Shown here piece after piece: positions 37,922 to 47,273 of a stretch of DNA of 64,000 nucleotides (positions within the stretch are counted from its first letter, which is position 1; each line of letters starts with the position of its first letter). A program made the translations under genes and the position numbers. The stretch lies in contig OZ219871.1 of assembly GCA_964291495.2 (NCBI GenBank), forward strand, positions 640,001 through 704,000. Reading direction: 5' to 3'. A model generated the notes under the pieces. That model saw nothing but the letters and a program-made list of their open reading frames with translations, had not been told where the DNA came from and searched no databases. This DNA is from Dehalococcoidia bacterium. Lineage in GTDB: Bacteria > Chloroflexota > Dehalococcoidia > UBA2979.

Positions 37922-38827
37922 CTAGCGGTTGCGCACGTAGGGGCTCGTCGCCTCGACGATCGCGTCGGCCAGGAAGTTCAGCGCGACGAGCAGGAGCGCG
38001 AGCGCCGCGGTAGGCGCCAGCACATACCACCAGATGCCGCGCGTCAGGAACTGCCTGGACGAGTCCAGCAGCAGCCCGAGCGTCGGCGTCGGGGGTGACG
38101 CGCCCAGCCCGAGGAAGCTCAGCGCCGCCTCCCCGACGATCGAGAACGCGACGACGAGCGCCGCCTGGACCAGGAGCGGCGGCAAGGTGTTGATCGCGAT
38201 GTGGCGCATGATGATCCGGATCGGTCCGGCGCCCAGCGTGCGCGCCGCCAGCACGTAGTCGCGCTCCTTCTCCTGCAGCACCTGCCCGCGCGCGAGTCGC
38301 GCGAAGTTGGGGATCGCCCCGATGCCGAGCGTGATCGCGACCTCGCGCGTGCCGGTCCCGAGGACGGTCAGGACGACGAGCGCCATGATGATCCCGGGGA
38401 ACGCCAGCATCGTGTCGATGAGCCGCATCAGGATCGCGTCGGCCCAGCGGCCGGCGTACCCGGCGCAATAGCCCACGGGGACGCCGATCGACATCCCGAT
38501 GGCGAGTGCGCCCGCGCCGACGAAGAGCGAGATCCGGATGCCGTAGAGCACGCGGCTGAACAGGTCGCGGCTCAGGTCATCGGTGCCGAAGAGGTGATCC
38601 CAGGAGGGCGCCAGGAGGCGAGTGCCCCGGATCTGATCCGCGAAGTGGTGCGGGGCGATCCACGGCGCCAGCAGGGCGGACAGCCCGAACACGCCGAGGA
38701 TCACCAGCGCGATCTGACCCCGGCGCTCGCGGGCCACGCGATACAGGGCGTCGAACCACTGTGACTGCTGACGCCACGTCTGCACGCGCCCCCGGACGAG
38801 GAACTCCCGCTGCTGCCCGACGGCCAT
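37922..38827 (-). CDS. Peptide/nickel ABC transporter permease (DppC-like)
   Basis: HLFGTDDLSRDLFSRVLYGIRISL, DYVLAARTLGA, EAALSFLGLG. Confidence 0.92.
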   Translation of the reverse strand: MAVGQQREFLVRGRVQTWRQQSQWFDALYRVARERRGQIALVILGVFGLSALLAPWIAPHHFADQIRGTRLLAPSWDHLFGTDDLSRDLFSRVLYGIRISLFVGAGALAIGMSIGVPVGYCAGYAGRWADAILMRLIDTMLAFPGIIMALVVLTVLGTGTREVAITLGIGAIPNFARLARGQVLQEKERDYVLAARTLGAGPIRIIMRHIAINTLPPLLVQAALVVAFSIVGEAALSFLGLGASPPTPTLGLLLDSSRQFLTRGIWWYVLAPTAALALLLVALNFLADAIVEATSPYVRNR

Positions 38828-39771
38828 CAGGACACGCGGATTCGAGGATCAACGAAGCCGTAGGCGATGTCGGCCACGACGTTCGCCGTCACGAAGACCG
38901 TGACCAGCACCACGAGCATGCCCTGGATGAGCTGGTAGTCCCGGAACTGGACACCGCTGATGATCAGGGTCCCGAAGCCGGGTCGCACGAACACGATCTC
39001 GACGATCACCGCGCCGGAGATCAGCCAGCCGACCTCCAGGGCGATGACGGTGATCACCGGGATCAACGCGTTGCGCATCGCATGGCGCAGCACGACCGTC
39101 CGCTCTCGCAACCCCTTCGCGCGCGCCGTCCGCACGTAGTCCTGGTTCAACGCTTCCATGAGTGAGCTGCGCACGAAGCGGGCAAGGATGGCCGCAGGGC
39201 CGACGCCGATCGCGATCGTCGGCATGATCAGGAACTTGAGCGCCTCGATCGGATTCTCGTTGATGGGCACCCGTCCGGTGATTGGAAGCAGGTCGAAGTG
39301 GACCGCGAGCACCCAGATCAGGAGGAGCCCGAAGACGAAGTTCGGGATGCCAAGCGTGAGCATGGTGAATCCGGTCGCGACGTAGTCGGGGAACCCGCCG
39401 GGTTTGAGGCCGGCGAAGATCCCCAGCGGGACGCCAACGACCACCATGAACAGGAAGCCGGCCGTCGCAAGCTCGGCGCTCGGGAGGAGGGCGGCCCTCA
39501 GCAGGGCGCCCACCTCGACGGTACGGCTAAACGACCGCCCGAAGTCGCCCCGCACCGCGCCGGTCAACCAGGTGACGTACTGCTCCCACGCCGGGCGGTC
39601 CAGCCCGATCTGACGTCGTACCTTCTCGACCTGCTCGGGTGTCGCGTCCCTTCCCGCCAGCACTTGAGCCGGGTCGCCCGGGATCAGGCGCAGAACCGAG
39701 AAGATCAGGAGGGACGCCAGCAGCATCACGATCAGGCCCTGACCGATGCGGCTGACCAAGAACGGCAACAT
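38827..39771 (-). CDS. Peptide/nickel ABC transporter permease (DppB-like)
   Basis: IPGDPA, GDFGRS, DYVRTARAKGL, RDYQLIQG, DPRIR. Confidence 0.92.
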   Translation of the reverse strand: MLPFLVSRIGQGLIVMLLASLLIFSVLRLIPGDPAQVLAGRDATPEQVEKVRRQIGLDRPAWEQYVTWLTGAVRGDFGRSFSRTVEVGALLRAALLPSAELATAGFLFMVVVGVPLGIFAGLKPGGFPDYVATGFTMLTLGIPNFVFGLLLIWVLAVHFDLLPITGRVPINENPIEALKFLIMPTIAIGVGPAAILARFVRSSLMEALNQDYVRTARAKGLRERTVVLRHAMRNALIPVITVIALEVGWLISGAVIVEIVFVRPGFGTLIISGVQFRDYQLIQGMLVVLVTVFVTANVVADIAYGFVDPRIRVS

Positions 39772-39842
39772 GTGCGGCGCTCCCCCTGGCGAACGATAGC
39801 AGCGCGCCCAGCCGGACGGCGGATCGACCGTCCGCACGGGCG

Positions 39843-39898
39843 CATACGACGACCGCTCGCCTCACATCATCGGATGTGAGACGAGCGGCCGTCGTGTG
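39843..39898. terminator. Long intercistronic hairpin between the SBP and permease genes
   Basis: ACGACGACCGCTCGCCTCACATC-ATCG-GATGTGAGACGAGCGGCCGTCGT forms a stem of about 23 bp with two imperfect positions. Confidence 0.6.
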
Positions 39899-39926
39899 TT
39901 CCGGGAAGCGGAAGTCCGATCCTCGG

Positions 39927-41732
39927 TTACGCGTCGCTGATGTAGACCTCGTTCCAGAAGTACTGGTTGCGCACGCTCGCCGGGGAGCCGTTGATGCGGT
40001 TGTTGATCGCCCAGGTGTCCTCACCGCCCACGACCGGGATCAGGTGCGGGCGCTCCGCGAAGCGGTCGGTGTACTGCTTGATCAGCGCCGCGCGCTCGTC
40101 GGGCGTCGGTTGGTTCTTGAAGGCCTCGAGGAGGTCGATGTAGTCCTGCGAGATCTCCGCCACCGGGTTACGCAGCTCTCCTTCGGCGGTCTTCGAGATC
40201 CGGACCTGGTAGTTGGTGTTCAGGAACGTCTCGATGTTCATCCAGTGGAAGCCGAAGCCCGTGGTGTACCAACCCTCGAAGTTGCCGGCGAGGAACCCGC
40301 CCCAGAACGTTCCGCCATCGACGATCTCGATCGTGACGTTGATTCCAATCTCCCGCATGTCCGCCTGGATGGCCTCCGGGAAGGAGTCGGGGAACTCGCC
40401 CGGCAGGACGAAGAGGGTGATCTCCGTGCCGACGAGGCCGGCCTCCTCCAGCAGCGCCCTGGCGCCGTCCGGGTCGTACTGGACGTTGTTCGCCGGGTCG
40501 TAGGCGGGCGAGTTCTCGAGGAAGAACTGGCTCCTGACGGAGACGATGCCTTCGAAGACCTCGTCCCGGATGCTCTCCCGGTCGAGCCCCATGCTGACCG
40601 CGCGCAGGAAGCGCGGGTCGTCGTTCGCCGGGTGGCCGCCGCCGAGCAGCGTCCGCACCGGACCGATGACGAACATGCCGGTGGTGGCGCCCGTCTCGAT
40701 CCTGAGGTGGTCCTGCTCCTGCAGGCGGAAGTACTGAGCGGGCTCGATGTTCGCCAGGTCGATCTCACCGCTCTCGAGGGCCAGCGCCCGGACGTCCGCA
40801 TCCGCGATGACGCGGTACTCGATCGCGTCGAGATAGACCGGCATCGGGTAGTTGTCGTGCCGCACGACCGTGTAGCCCTCGCCCGGCCTCCAGCTGTCGA
40901 GGTCGAGCTTCATGGGGCCGCTGCCGTTGACCTCCTTCATCTCGTAGAAGTCCGGCAGGTTGTCGGCGTCATGGATCGGCGCGAGGGTCAGCAGGTCGTA
41001 GATGATCGGCCCAGGCCACTTCGAGTGGTTGAAGCGCACGGTGCGCTTGTCGACAACCTCGATCGAATCGAGGTACGTGGTTGCAAGCGTTCCGGTCTGG
41101 TTGGCCGCCGTCCCCTCCGCGCTCATCGACTCGTAGCTCGCCTTGACGGCCGCAGCGTCGAGTGGCTTGCCGTTGTGGAACGTGAGGTCGGGATGCAGCG
41201 TGACCGCCGTGACGGTGCCGGGGCCATTCTGCGCCCACGACGCCGCGAGCCGCGGCTCGGGATCCAGCGTGTGCCTGCGCGCCATCAGGAAGTCCCAGAT
41301 GCCGGAGTGCTCCGCGGAGGTCGGCTGGCCGGCGAACAGGGCGAACGGCCCTCCCTGCGCAGCGCCGTACGCCTCGATGGTGTACGGATCGGAGGCGACC
41401 ACCGTGCCGCCCGGCGTCGGGCCGGACGGCGCTTCGGTCGGCGTGGGGGTCGGCTCAGGCGTGGCCGTCACGGTCGGAAGCGCGCGCACCGCGGTCGGTG
41501 TCGGCGTCGGAGTCGCAGCCGGCGCCTCGGTTGGCGTGGCGGTTGGCGCCTCGGTCGGTGCTGCGGTCGGCGCGGCAGTTGGCGCCGCGGTCGGCGCAGG
41601 AGCCTCGTCGTCGTCATCGTCGCCCGTGCATCCGATAAGTGCCGCGGCGGCGAGGCCGGCTCCGGCAATGCCCGCTCCCCGGAGCATCGATCGGCGCGAC
41701 AGCCTGCTGTTCCAGTCCCAACGGTCGCTCAT
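39927..41732 (-). CDS. ABC transporter substrate-binding protein, family 5 (Tat lipoprotein)
   Basis: SRRSMLR Tat motif, LIGC, poly-D plus PTAA repeats, PRLAASW, TFHNGKPL, NGSGP, YDPDGARALLEEAG. Confidence 0.9.
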   Translation of the reverse strand: MSDRWDWNSRLSRRSMLRGAGIAGAGLAAAALIGCTGDDDDDEAPAPTAAPTAAPTAAPTEAPTATPTEAPAATPTPTPTAVRALPTVTATPEPTPTPTEAPSGPTPGGTVVASDPYTIEAYGAAQGGPFALFAGQPTSAEHSGIWDFLMARRHTLDPEPRLAASWAQNGPGTVTAVTLHPDLTFHNGKPLDAAAVKASYESMSAEGTAANQTGTLATTYLDSIEVVDKRTVRFNHSKWPGPIIYDLLTLAPIHDADNLPDFYEMKEVNGSGPMKLDLDSWRPGEGYTVVRHDNYPMPVYLDAIEYRVIADADVRALALESGEIDLANIEPAQYFRLQEQDHLRIETGATTGMFVIGPVRTLLGGGHPANDDPRFLRAVSMGLDRESIRDEVFEGIVSVRSQFFLENSPAYDPANNVQYDPDGARALLEEAGLVGTEITLFVLPGEFPDSFPEAIQADMREIGINVTIEIVDGGTFWGGFLAGNFEGWYTTGFGFHWMNIETFLNTNYQVRISKTAEGELRNPVAEISQDYIDLLEAFKNQPTPDERAALIKQYTDRFAERPHLIPVVGGEDTWAINNRINGSPASVRNQYFWNEVYISDA

Positions 41733-41772
41733 GGGGAATCCTCCTGCCTGAACCGCCTTCCGGGTGGTTCTT

Positions 41773-41812
41773 TTCTATCGCTCGATTTAACCTGTCCCGA
41801 ACACGCTGTCAA
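41773..41812 (-). promoter_or_regulatory. Promoter of the SBP gene (TTGACA-N17-TAAATC) with a degenerate motif B site
   Basis: The minus strand reads TCGAGCGATAGAA at 41773-41785, a 12/13 match to TCGGGCGATAGAA of motif B. Confidence 0.5.
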
Positions 41813-41930
41813 GCCCGAACACGTCCCGGCGCGCGGCTCCCGTCTTCCCTCGAGGGCTGCCGGCTGAGACGGGGGCTATGCTGCGACAGTTCGCGCGACA
41901 ACCAGGACAGGCTCGGGAAGGAGCGCACGC

Positions 41931-42344
41931 TTGGCCGAGTACAACAAGCCCATCCCCGACCCGGATCCAACCAACCAGGTCTTCTTCGACGGCGCGCGGG
42001 AGGGCAAGCTGATGCTCCCGCGCTGCACGACGTGCAACAAGGCGCACTTCTACCCCCGGATCATCTGCCCCTACTGCCACTCCAGCCAGATCGAGTGGTT
42101 CGAGGCCTCCGGCACCGGCTTCATCCACACCTACGCCGTCCAGCACATCGCCTTCGGCGGCTGGGCGGACGAGGCGCCCTACGTCACCGCCTACATCGAC
42201 CTCACCGAGGGCGACCGCATCTTCACGGTGCTCCGTGGCGTCGACCCGGAGAAGCCCGAGGAGATCGAGATCGGCGCCAGGGTCCAGGTGGAGTTCGACC
42301 AGGCGAGCGACGAGATCGCGATCCCGTTCTGGCGGGTCCTCTAG
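41931..42344 (+). CDS. DUF35 family Zn-ribbon/OB-fold protein
   Basis: FFDGAREGKLMLPRCTTC...YPRIICPYC, GFIHTY, DLTEG. TTG start after an AAGGAG RBS. Confidence 0.9.
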   Translation: MAEYNKPIPDPDPTNQVFFDGAREGKLMLPRCTTCNKAHFYPRIICPYCHSSQIEWFEASGTGFIHTYAVQHIAFGGWADEAPYVTAYIDLTEGDRIFTVLRGVDPEKPEEIEIGARVQVEFDQASDEIAIPFWRVL

Positions 42345-42374
42345 CCCCGGGCAACGACCACACAGGAGAGACGA

Positions 42375-43586
42375 ATGCCTTTCGACCCATCCATGGAGGC
42401 TGCGATCGTCGGCGCGGCCGAGTCCGACGAGATCGGGTACATCGAACGCCCGGTCACGGCGATGCAGCTGCACATCGAAGCGATCCGCAACGTCTGCGCC
42501 CAGGCCGGCGTCAAGCCCTCGGAGATCGAGGGCGTCGCGGCCCCGTTCGTCGCCGACGGGGTCGCGGAGTACCTCGGCATCCACCCAAAGTGGATCGACA
42601 CGACGGCGGTCGGTGGCTGCTCGTACGAGATGCACGTGCACCACATGCTGTGCGCCATCGCGGCGGGCGTGATCGACCTCGGAGTGATCTCGCACGGACA
42701 GATCGGCTGGTCGCAGCGCAAGACCGGCGGCAAGGGGATCGGGCGGCGGCGGACCGACGACCCGTGGTCGCCGGAGTCACAGTTCGTGGAGCCGTACGGC
42801 AGCTGGGGCGCCCCCTTCGAGTACGCGCACGCGATGCGGCGGCACATGCACGAGTGGGGGACGACCAAGGAGGACTTCGCGCAGATCGCCGTCACCACGC
42901 GCGAGTGGGCCACGCTCAACCCGCGCGCCATCATGCACTCGAAGGAGACGAATCCGTTCGGCGGTCCGATCACGATCGACGACGTGCTCAACTCGCGCTG
43001 GATCACGTGGCCGCTCAATCTGCTCGACGTCTGCCTGGTGACGGACCACGGCGGCGCGGTGCTGCTCGCCTCGCGGGAGCGGGCGGAGAGCATGCCCACG
43101 ACGCCGGTCTGGATCGCCGGCGCCGGCGAGAACATGAGCCACCAGTTGATGCTGGAGATGGGCGACTTCACCGCCACCTCCGCGCTCGCCTCGGGCCAGG
43201 CCGCCTACCGCATGGCCGGCATGGGCGCGGACGAGATGGAGCTGGCGATGCTCTACGACTCGTTCACGATCACCGCCGCGATCACCGCCGAGATGCTCGC
43301 GCTCGCCCCTCGCGGGCAGGGGCCGAGCCTCTGGGAGGGCGGTAAGGCAGGCCCCGGCGGTTCCGGCATCCCGGTCAACACCAACGGCGGCGGCCTCTCC
43401 TTCAATCACAGCGGGATGTACGGCATGCAGCTCCTGATCGAGGCCTACCGCCAGCTCTCCGGCACGGCCGAGGACGGCGTGCACGGGCTCCCGGGCAAGC
43501 AGACCGGCGCCCGGACCTGCGTCGTCAACGGCACGGGCGGCGACCTCTCGGTCACCGGTACCCTCGTGCTGGTGGCCGACGAGTAG
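42375..43586 (+). CDS. Thiolase-fold protein (SCP2-type) retaining the N-terminal Cys
   Basis: DTTAVGGCSY, NPRA, LLDVCLVTDHGGA, LYDSFT, NTNGGGLS, CVVNGTGG. Confidence 0.9.
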   Translation: MPFDPSMEAAIVGAAESDEIGYIERPVTAMQLHIEAIRNVCAQAGVKPSEIEGVAAPFVADGVAEYLGIHPKWIDTTAVGGCSYEMHVHHMLCAIAAGVIDLGVISHGQIGWSQRKTGGKGIGRRRTDDPWSPESQFVEPYGSWGAPFEYAHAMRRHMHEWGTTKEDFAQIAVTTREWATLNPRAIMHSKETNPFGGPITIDDVLNSRWITWPLNLLDVCLVTDHGGAVLLASRERAESMPTTPVWIAGAGENMSHQLMLEMGDFTATSALASGQAAYRMAGMGADEMELAMLYDSFTITAAITAEMLALAPRGQGPSLWEGGKAGPGGSGIPVNTNGGGLSFNHSGMYGMQLLIEAYRQLSGTAEDGVHGLPGKQTGARTCVVNGTGGDLSVTGTLVLVADE

Positions 43587-43612
43587 CCTCGGGAGGGGAG
43601 ACGAGCACCGCT

Positions 43613-45262
43613 ATGTTGGACCTGCTGCTTCGCGGGGGTCTGGTGATCGACGGGACCGGGTCCGCCGGCTTCAAGGCCGACATCGGTATCAGCGGCGAGC
43701 GCGTCTCCATCCACCGAGGCGACACGACTCACCTCGAGGCCGGTCGCGTCATCGATGTCTCCGGGCTGGTCGTGTGTCCGGGCTTTATCGACCTGCACTC
43801 CCACGGCGGCCTGACGATCTTCGGGAGTCCGAAGCACGAGCCGAGCGTGCGCCAGGGCGTCACCACCGAGCTGATCGGGATCGACGGAATCTCGCACGCC
43901 CCGTTCAAGACCGTCGAGGAGCTCCAGCGCTTCATCTGGCTGGACTCGGGCCTGAACGGCTACCCGCCCGAACCCGCGGACTGGCTGACCGTGGCCGACC
44001 TGCTGGGTCGCTACGACGGGGCCGTCTCGGTGAACATCGCCTACATCCTCGGCAACGCTCCGGTACGCATCTGGTCGGTCGGGTGGCGCGACGAACCGGC
44101 CTCGAGCGCACAGATCGCCGACATGCGCGCGGTCGTGCGCGAAGCGATGGAGGAGGGCGCGTACGGACTGTCGACGGGGCTCGACTATCCCCCCGGCTCG
44201 TTCGCGTCGACCGACGAGCTGATTGCGCTCTCCGAGGCGGCGCAGCGGCTCGGCGGGATGTACCACACCCACGCCCGTCACAAGCTGTCCCTCGCCGGTC
44301 ACCCGCTCGCGCCATTCGAAGAGGCAGTCGAGATCGGCGAGCGCAGCGGAGCGCCGATCCATCTCACGCACTACGCCAGCGTTGCCTGGCCCGACCTCGG
44401 AGCCGAGCCATACCTCAGGCTGATCGAGGACGCGAGGTCGCGAGGCCTCGACGTGACGTTTGATTGCTATCCGTACGCGAACGCGTCGAGCACGTCGGCG
44501 ACGTTCTTTCTTCCGTCCTGGGCGAAGGAGGACGGGCCCGAGGGACTGATCGCGGCGCTGCGGAACCCCGACGACCGCGCGCGGATCCGTGCGCAGTTCG
44601 AGGACGAGAGCCCGGCTCCCGATCTTGAGCGCGAGATCGAGCGCAGGCGTCTCCGCAGGCTGTTCGCGGACGATCGTCCAGGCCCCGACTCCCACCTCAC
44701 CAACTTCACGCAGGACGGGAACCTGGCGTACGAGGGCAAGACGATCCACGAGATTGCAGCGTTGCGCCAGGAAGACGCGCTTGACGTGTACCTGGACCTC
44801 CTCGTCGAGGAGTCAATCGGGCTCTCCATCGTGGGAGAAGGCGCTTCGGAGGAGATGCTCCCGGCGTTCGTCGCCCATCCGCTCGGGATGTTCGGGTCCG
44901 ACGCCTTGCACCTCGGCGAGTTCCCGAGTCCCCGGACCTACGGGACCATGCCGCGGGTGCTGGGTCACTTCTCTCGCCTGGGCGGCTACGCGTCCCTCGA
45001 GGAGATGATCCGGAAGCTGACGTCGTTCACGGCGCAGCGGCTCGGTCTCCCCGATCGAGGAATCCTGCGGGACGGGTTCAAGGCCGACGTGGTGGCCTTC
45101 GATCCCGAGACCGTTGGGAGCGCCGCAACGCTCAGGAATCCTCGCGTCTTCCCCACCGGAATCGAGCAGGTCCTCGTGAACGGGCAACTCGTGATCGAGG
45201 ATGGCGAGCACACCGGCGCGCTGCCGGGACGTGCGCTGCGACGCGGTCGAGCCGAAACGTAG
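43613..45262 (+). CDS. N-acyl-D-amino-acid deacylase family amidohydrolase
   Basis: LVIDGTG, PGFIDLHSH, QGVTTELIG, GLSTGLDYPPG, FGSD, PRTYG, GFKADVVAFD. Confidence 0.9.
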   Translation: MLDLLLRGGLVIDGTGSAGFKADIGISGERVSIHRGDTTHLEAGRVIDVSGLVVCPGFIDLHSHGGLTIFGSPKHEPSVRQGVTTELIGIDGISHAPFKTVEELQRFIWLDSGLNGYPPEPADWLTVADLLGRYDGAVSVNIAYILGNAPVRIWSVGWRDEPASSAQIADMRAVVREAMEEGAYGLSTGLDYPPGSFASTDELIALSEAAQRLGGMYHTHARHKLSLAGHPLAPFEEAVEIGERSGAPIHLTHYASVAWPDLGAEPYLRLIEDARSRGLDVTFDCYPYANASSTSATFFLPSWAKEDGPEGLIAALRNPDDRARIRAQFEDESPAPDLEREIERRRLRRLFADDRPGPDSHLTNFTQDGNLAYEGKTIHEIAALRQEDALDVYLDLLVEESIGLSIVGEGASEEMLPAFVAHPLGMFGSDALHLGEFPSPRTYGTMPRVLGHFSRLGGYASLEEMIRKLTSFTAQRLGLPDRGILRDGFKADVVAFDPETVGSAATLRNPRVFPTGIEQVLVNGQLVIEDGEHTGALPGRALRRGRAET

Positions 45263-45325
45263 CCGGGGAACAGGCAGAGTCGTCGGCCGAACCGCGGGCG
45301 GCGACCTCGGGGGAGAGGTGTTTTC

Positions 45326-46168
45326 GTGATCATCGATTTTCGCGTGACGCTTCCCACATCGGGCCGGTACCAGGAGGGTGGCGACGAGGAGCGGAGCTAC
45401 CTGACCAACTACGGCCGGATCTACGCGAGCGAGCTCGGCGGTGGCTCCGACCCGGCGGCCCTGATCGCCGCGATGGAGGCGGCCGGTGTCGACCATGCCG
45501 TGCTGCAGGCGGAGTGGGACGCCGGCGACTACCGGGCGATGAATGACGACGTCGTCCGCATCGTCCAGGAGTATCCCGAGCGGCTCACCGGCTACTGCAC
45601 CGTGAACCCCGGAGTGGACGACGACATGGCCGCCGTCGTCGAGCGCGAGGTCTGCGAACGAGGCATGCGCGGGGTGAACCTGCAGCCCTTCGCCTACCGG
45701 GTGATGGCCAACGACAAGCGCTTCTACCCGCTGTACCAGAAGTGCCAGGAGCTGGGCGTGCCGGTCACGATCCACGCCTCGATCAACTTCTCGAACAACA
45801 GGCCGATCGGGTTCGGGCGCCCGCTGGCGCTCTGCGAGATCGCCTGCGACTTCCCGGAGCTGACCATCGTCGCGAACCACGGCGGTTGGCCCTGGGTGGC
45901 CGAGCTCGTCGCGATCGCGTGGAAGCACAGCAACGTCTACATCGAGATCGGAGCGGTGGCGCCGAAGTACCTCGCGACTCCCGGCTCGGGCTGGGAGACG
46001 CTGCTGCAGTTCGGCAACTCGCTGCTGCAGAACCAGGTGCTGTTCGCCACCGACAGCATGATCCCGTTCGAGCGGGCCGTCAGGGAGCTGCGCGAGCTGC
46101 CGCTCAAGCCCGAGGTCACCGAGAAGTGGCTCGGAGGGAACGCTGCGGAACTGCTGCGGCTCGCCTGA
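45326..46168 (+). CDS. Amidohydrolase 2 family protein
   Basis: RFYPLYQKCQELGVPVTIH, DFPELTIVANHGGWPW, NVYIE, VLFATD, LGGNAAELL. Confidence 0.88.
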   Translation: MIIDFRVTLPTSGRYQEGGDEERSYLTNYGRIYASELGGGSDPAALIAAMEAAGVDHAVLQAEWDAGDYRAMNDDVVRIVQEYPERLTGYCTVNPGVDDDMAAVVEREVCERGMRGVNLQPFAYRVMANDKRFYPLYQKCQELGVPVTIHASINFSNNRPIGFGRPLALCEIACDFPELTIVANHGGWPWVAELVAIAWKHSNVYIEIGAVAPKYLATPGSGWETLLQFGNSLLQNQVLFATDSMIPFERAVRELRELPLKPEVTEKWLGGNAAELLRLA

Positions 46169-46205
46169 GCGCGCGCGAGCGCAGCGAACGCGGGCCTCGA
46201 GGAGC

Positions 46206-47090
46206 CTAGCCCTGAGCCTCGGGGCCGAAGTCGTTGGTCAGCAGCGCGCCCAGCGTCCGCGGGAAGATCTCGAACATCTCGTCGATGGTCCAGCTCTCGC
46301 CTCGCGCGAAGGCCCGGGCCTCCACCTCCGGAATCGTGTAGAGCCCGACCTCGTTCCGCTCGATCTCGAAGTCCCGGCCGTTCACGTTCTGGGCCTCATC
46401 CGACGCCAGGTAGACCACCAGCGGACCGATCGCGCCGGGGTCGCCTCGCGCGACCTCCGGCTCCGCCCCGGGCTCGGCGTCGGGAGGCATCGTGAGGCGC
46501 GTGTCGGCGGAGGGGCGCAGCGCGTTGCAGGTCACGCCGTAGCGACCGAGGTCCATCGCCACGGTCCGCGTCAGTCCCACGATCCCTTCCTTGGCGGCGG
46601 CGTAGTTCGTCTGCCCGACGAAGCCGAGCCCGGAGATGGAACTGGTGTTGATGATCCGGCCGGAGCGCTGCTGGCGCATGACCACCGCGGCATGCCTGAT
46701 CGTGTTGAACGTGCCCGTGAGATGGACCGCGATGACCTGGTCCCACTCCTCGCGGGTCATGTTGAACACCATCCGGTCCCGCAGGATGCCGGCGTTGTTG
46801 ACCAGAATGTCCAGACGGCCGAACTCGTCCAGCGCTTGCTGGACCATCGCGCCGGCGGCCTCGAAGTCCGCGACGTTGCCGAAGTTCGCGACCGCGCGGC
46901 CGCCGGCCGCCGTGATCTCGTCCGCGACCTGCTGCGCCGGCGCGGAGTCCGACCCCTCGCCGGCGGTGCTCCCGCCGAGGTCGTTGACCACCACGGCTGC
47001 GCCTTCGCTTGCCAGCGCGAGCGCCTCCCCGCGGCCGATGCCCCGGCCGGCCCCGGTGACGATCGCAACCTTGCCGTCCAGCCGCCCCAC
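46206..47090 (-). CDS. SDR family oxidoreductase (peroxisomal MFE-2/hydroxyacyl-CoA dehydrogenase-like)
   Basis: LDGKVAIVTGAGRGIG, VVVNDLGG, LVNNAGILRDR, catalytic YAAAK. Confidence 0.92.
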   Translation of the reverse strand: MGRLDGKVAIVTGAGRGIGRGEALALASEGAAVVVNDLGGSTAGEGSDSAPAQQVADEITAAGGRAVANFGNVADFEAAGAMVQQALDEFGRLDILVNNAGILRDRMVFNMTREEWDQVIAVHLTGTFNTIRHAAVVMRQQRSGRIINTSSISGLGFVGQTNYAAAKEGIVGLTRTVAMDLGRYGVTCNALRPSADTRLTMPPDAEPGAEPEVARGDPGAIGPLVVYLASDEAQNVNGRDFEIERNEVGLYTIPEVEARAFARGESWTIDEMFEIFPRTLGALLTNDFGPEAQG

Positions 47091-47273
47091 AGCGCCTCGA
47101 TCCTCGCGCTGCGCCGCCCGAGGCGGGGACCCGCCTCTTCCCCCGGCGCGCAGCGGGCAGGATGGTAGCGGCGCGTTTGGCGCGCTGGCAATCGCTCGAA
47201 CCTCGCTGTTGACAGGCCGCGTACCGTCTCGCGTGAGCACGCGGCGCCGGGGGCGCACGGGAGGCTACGGACC

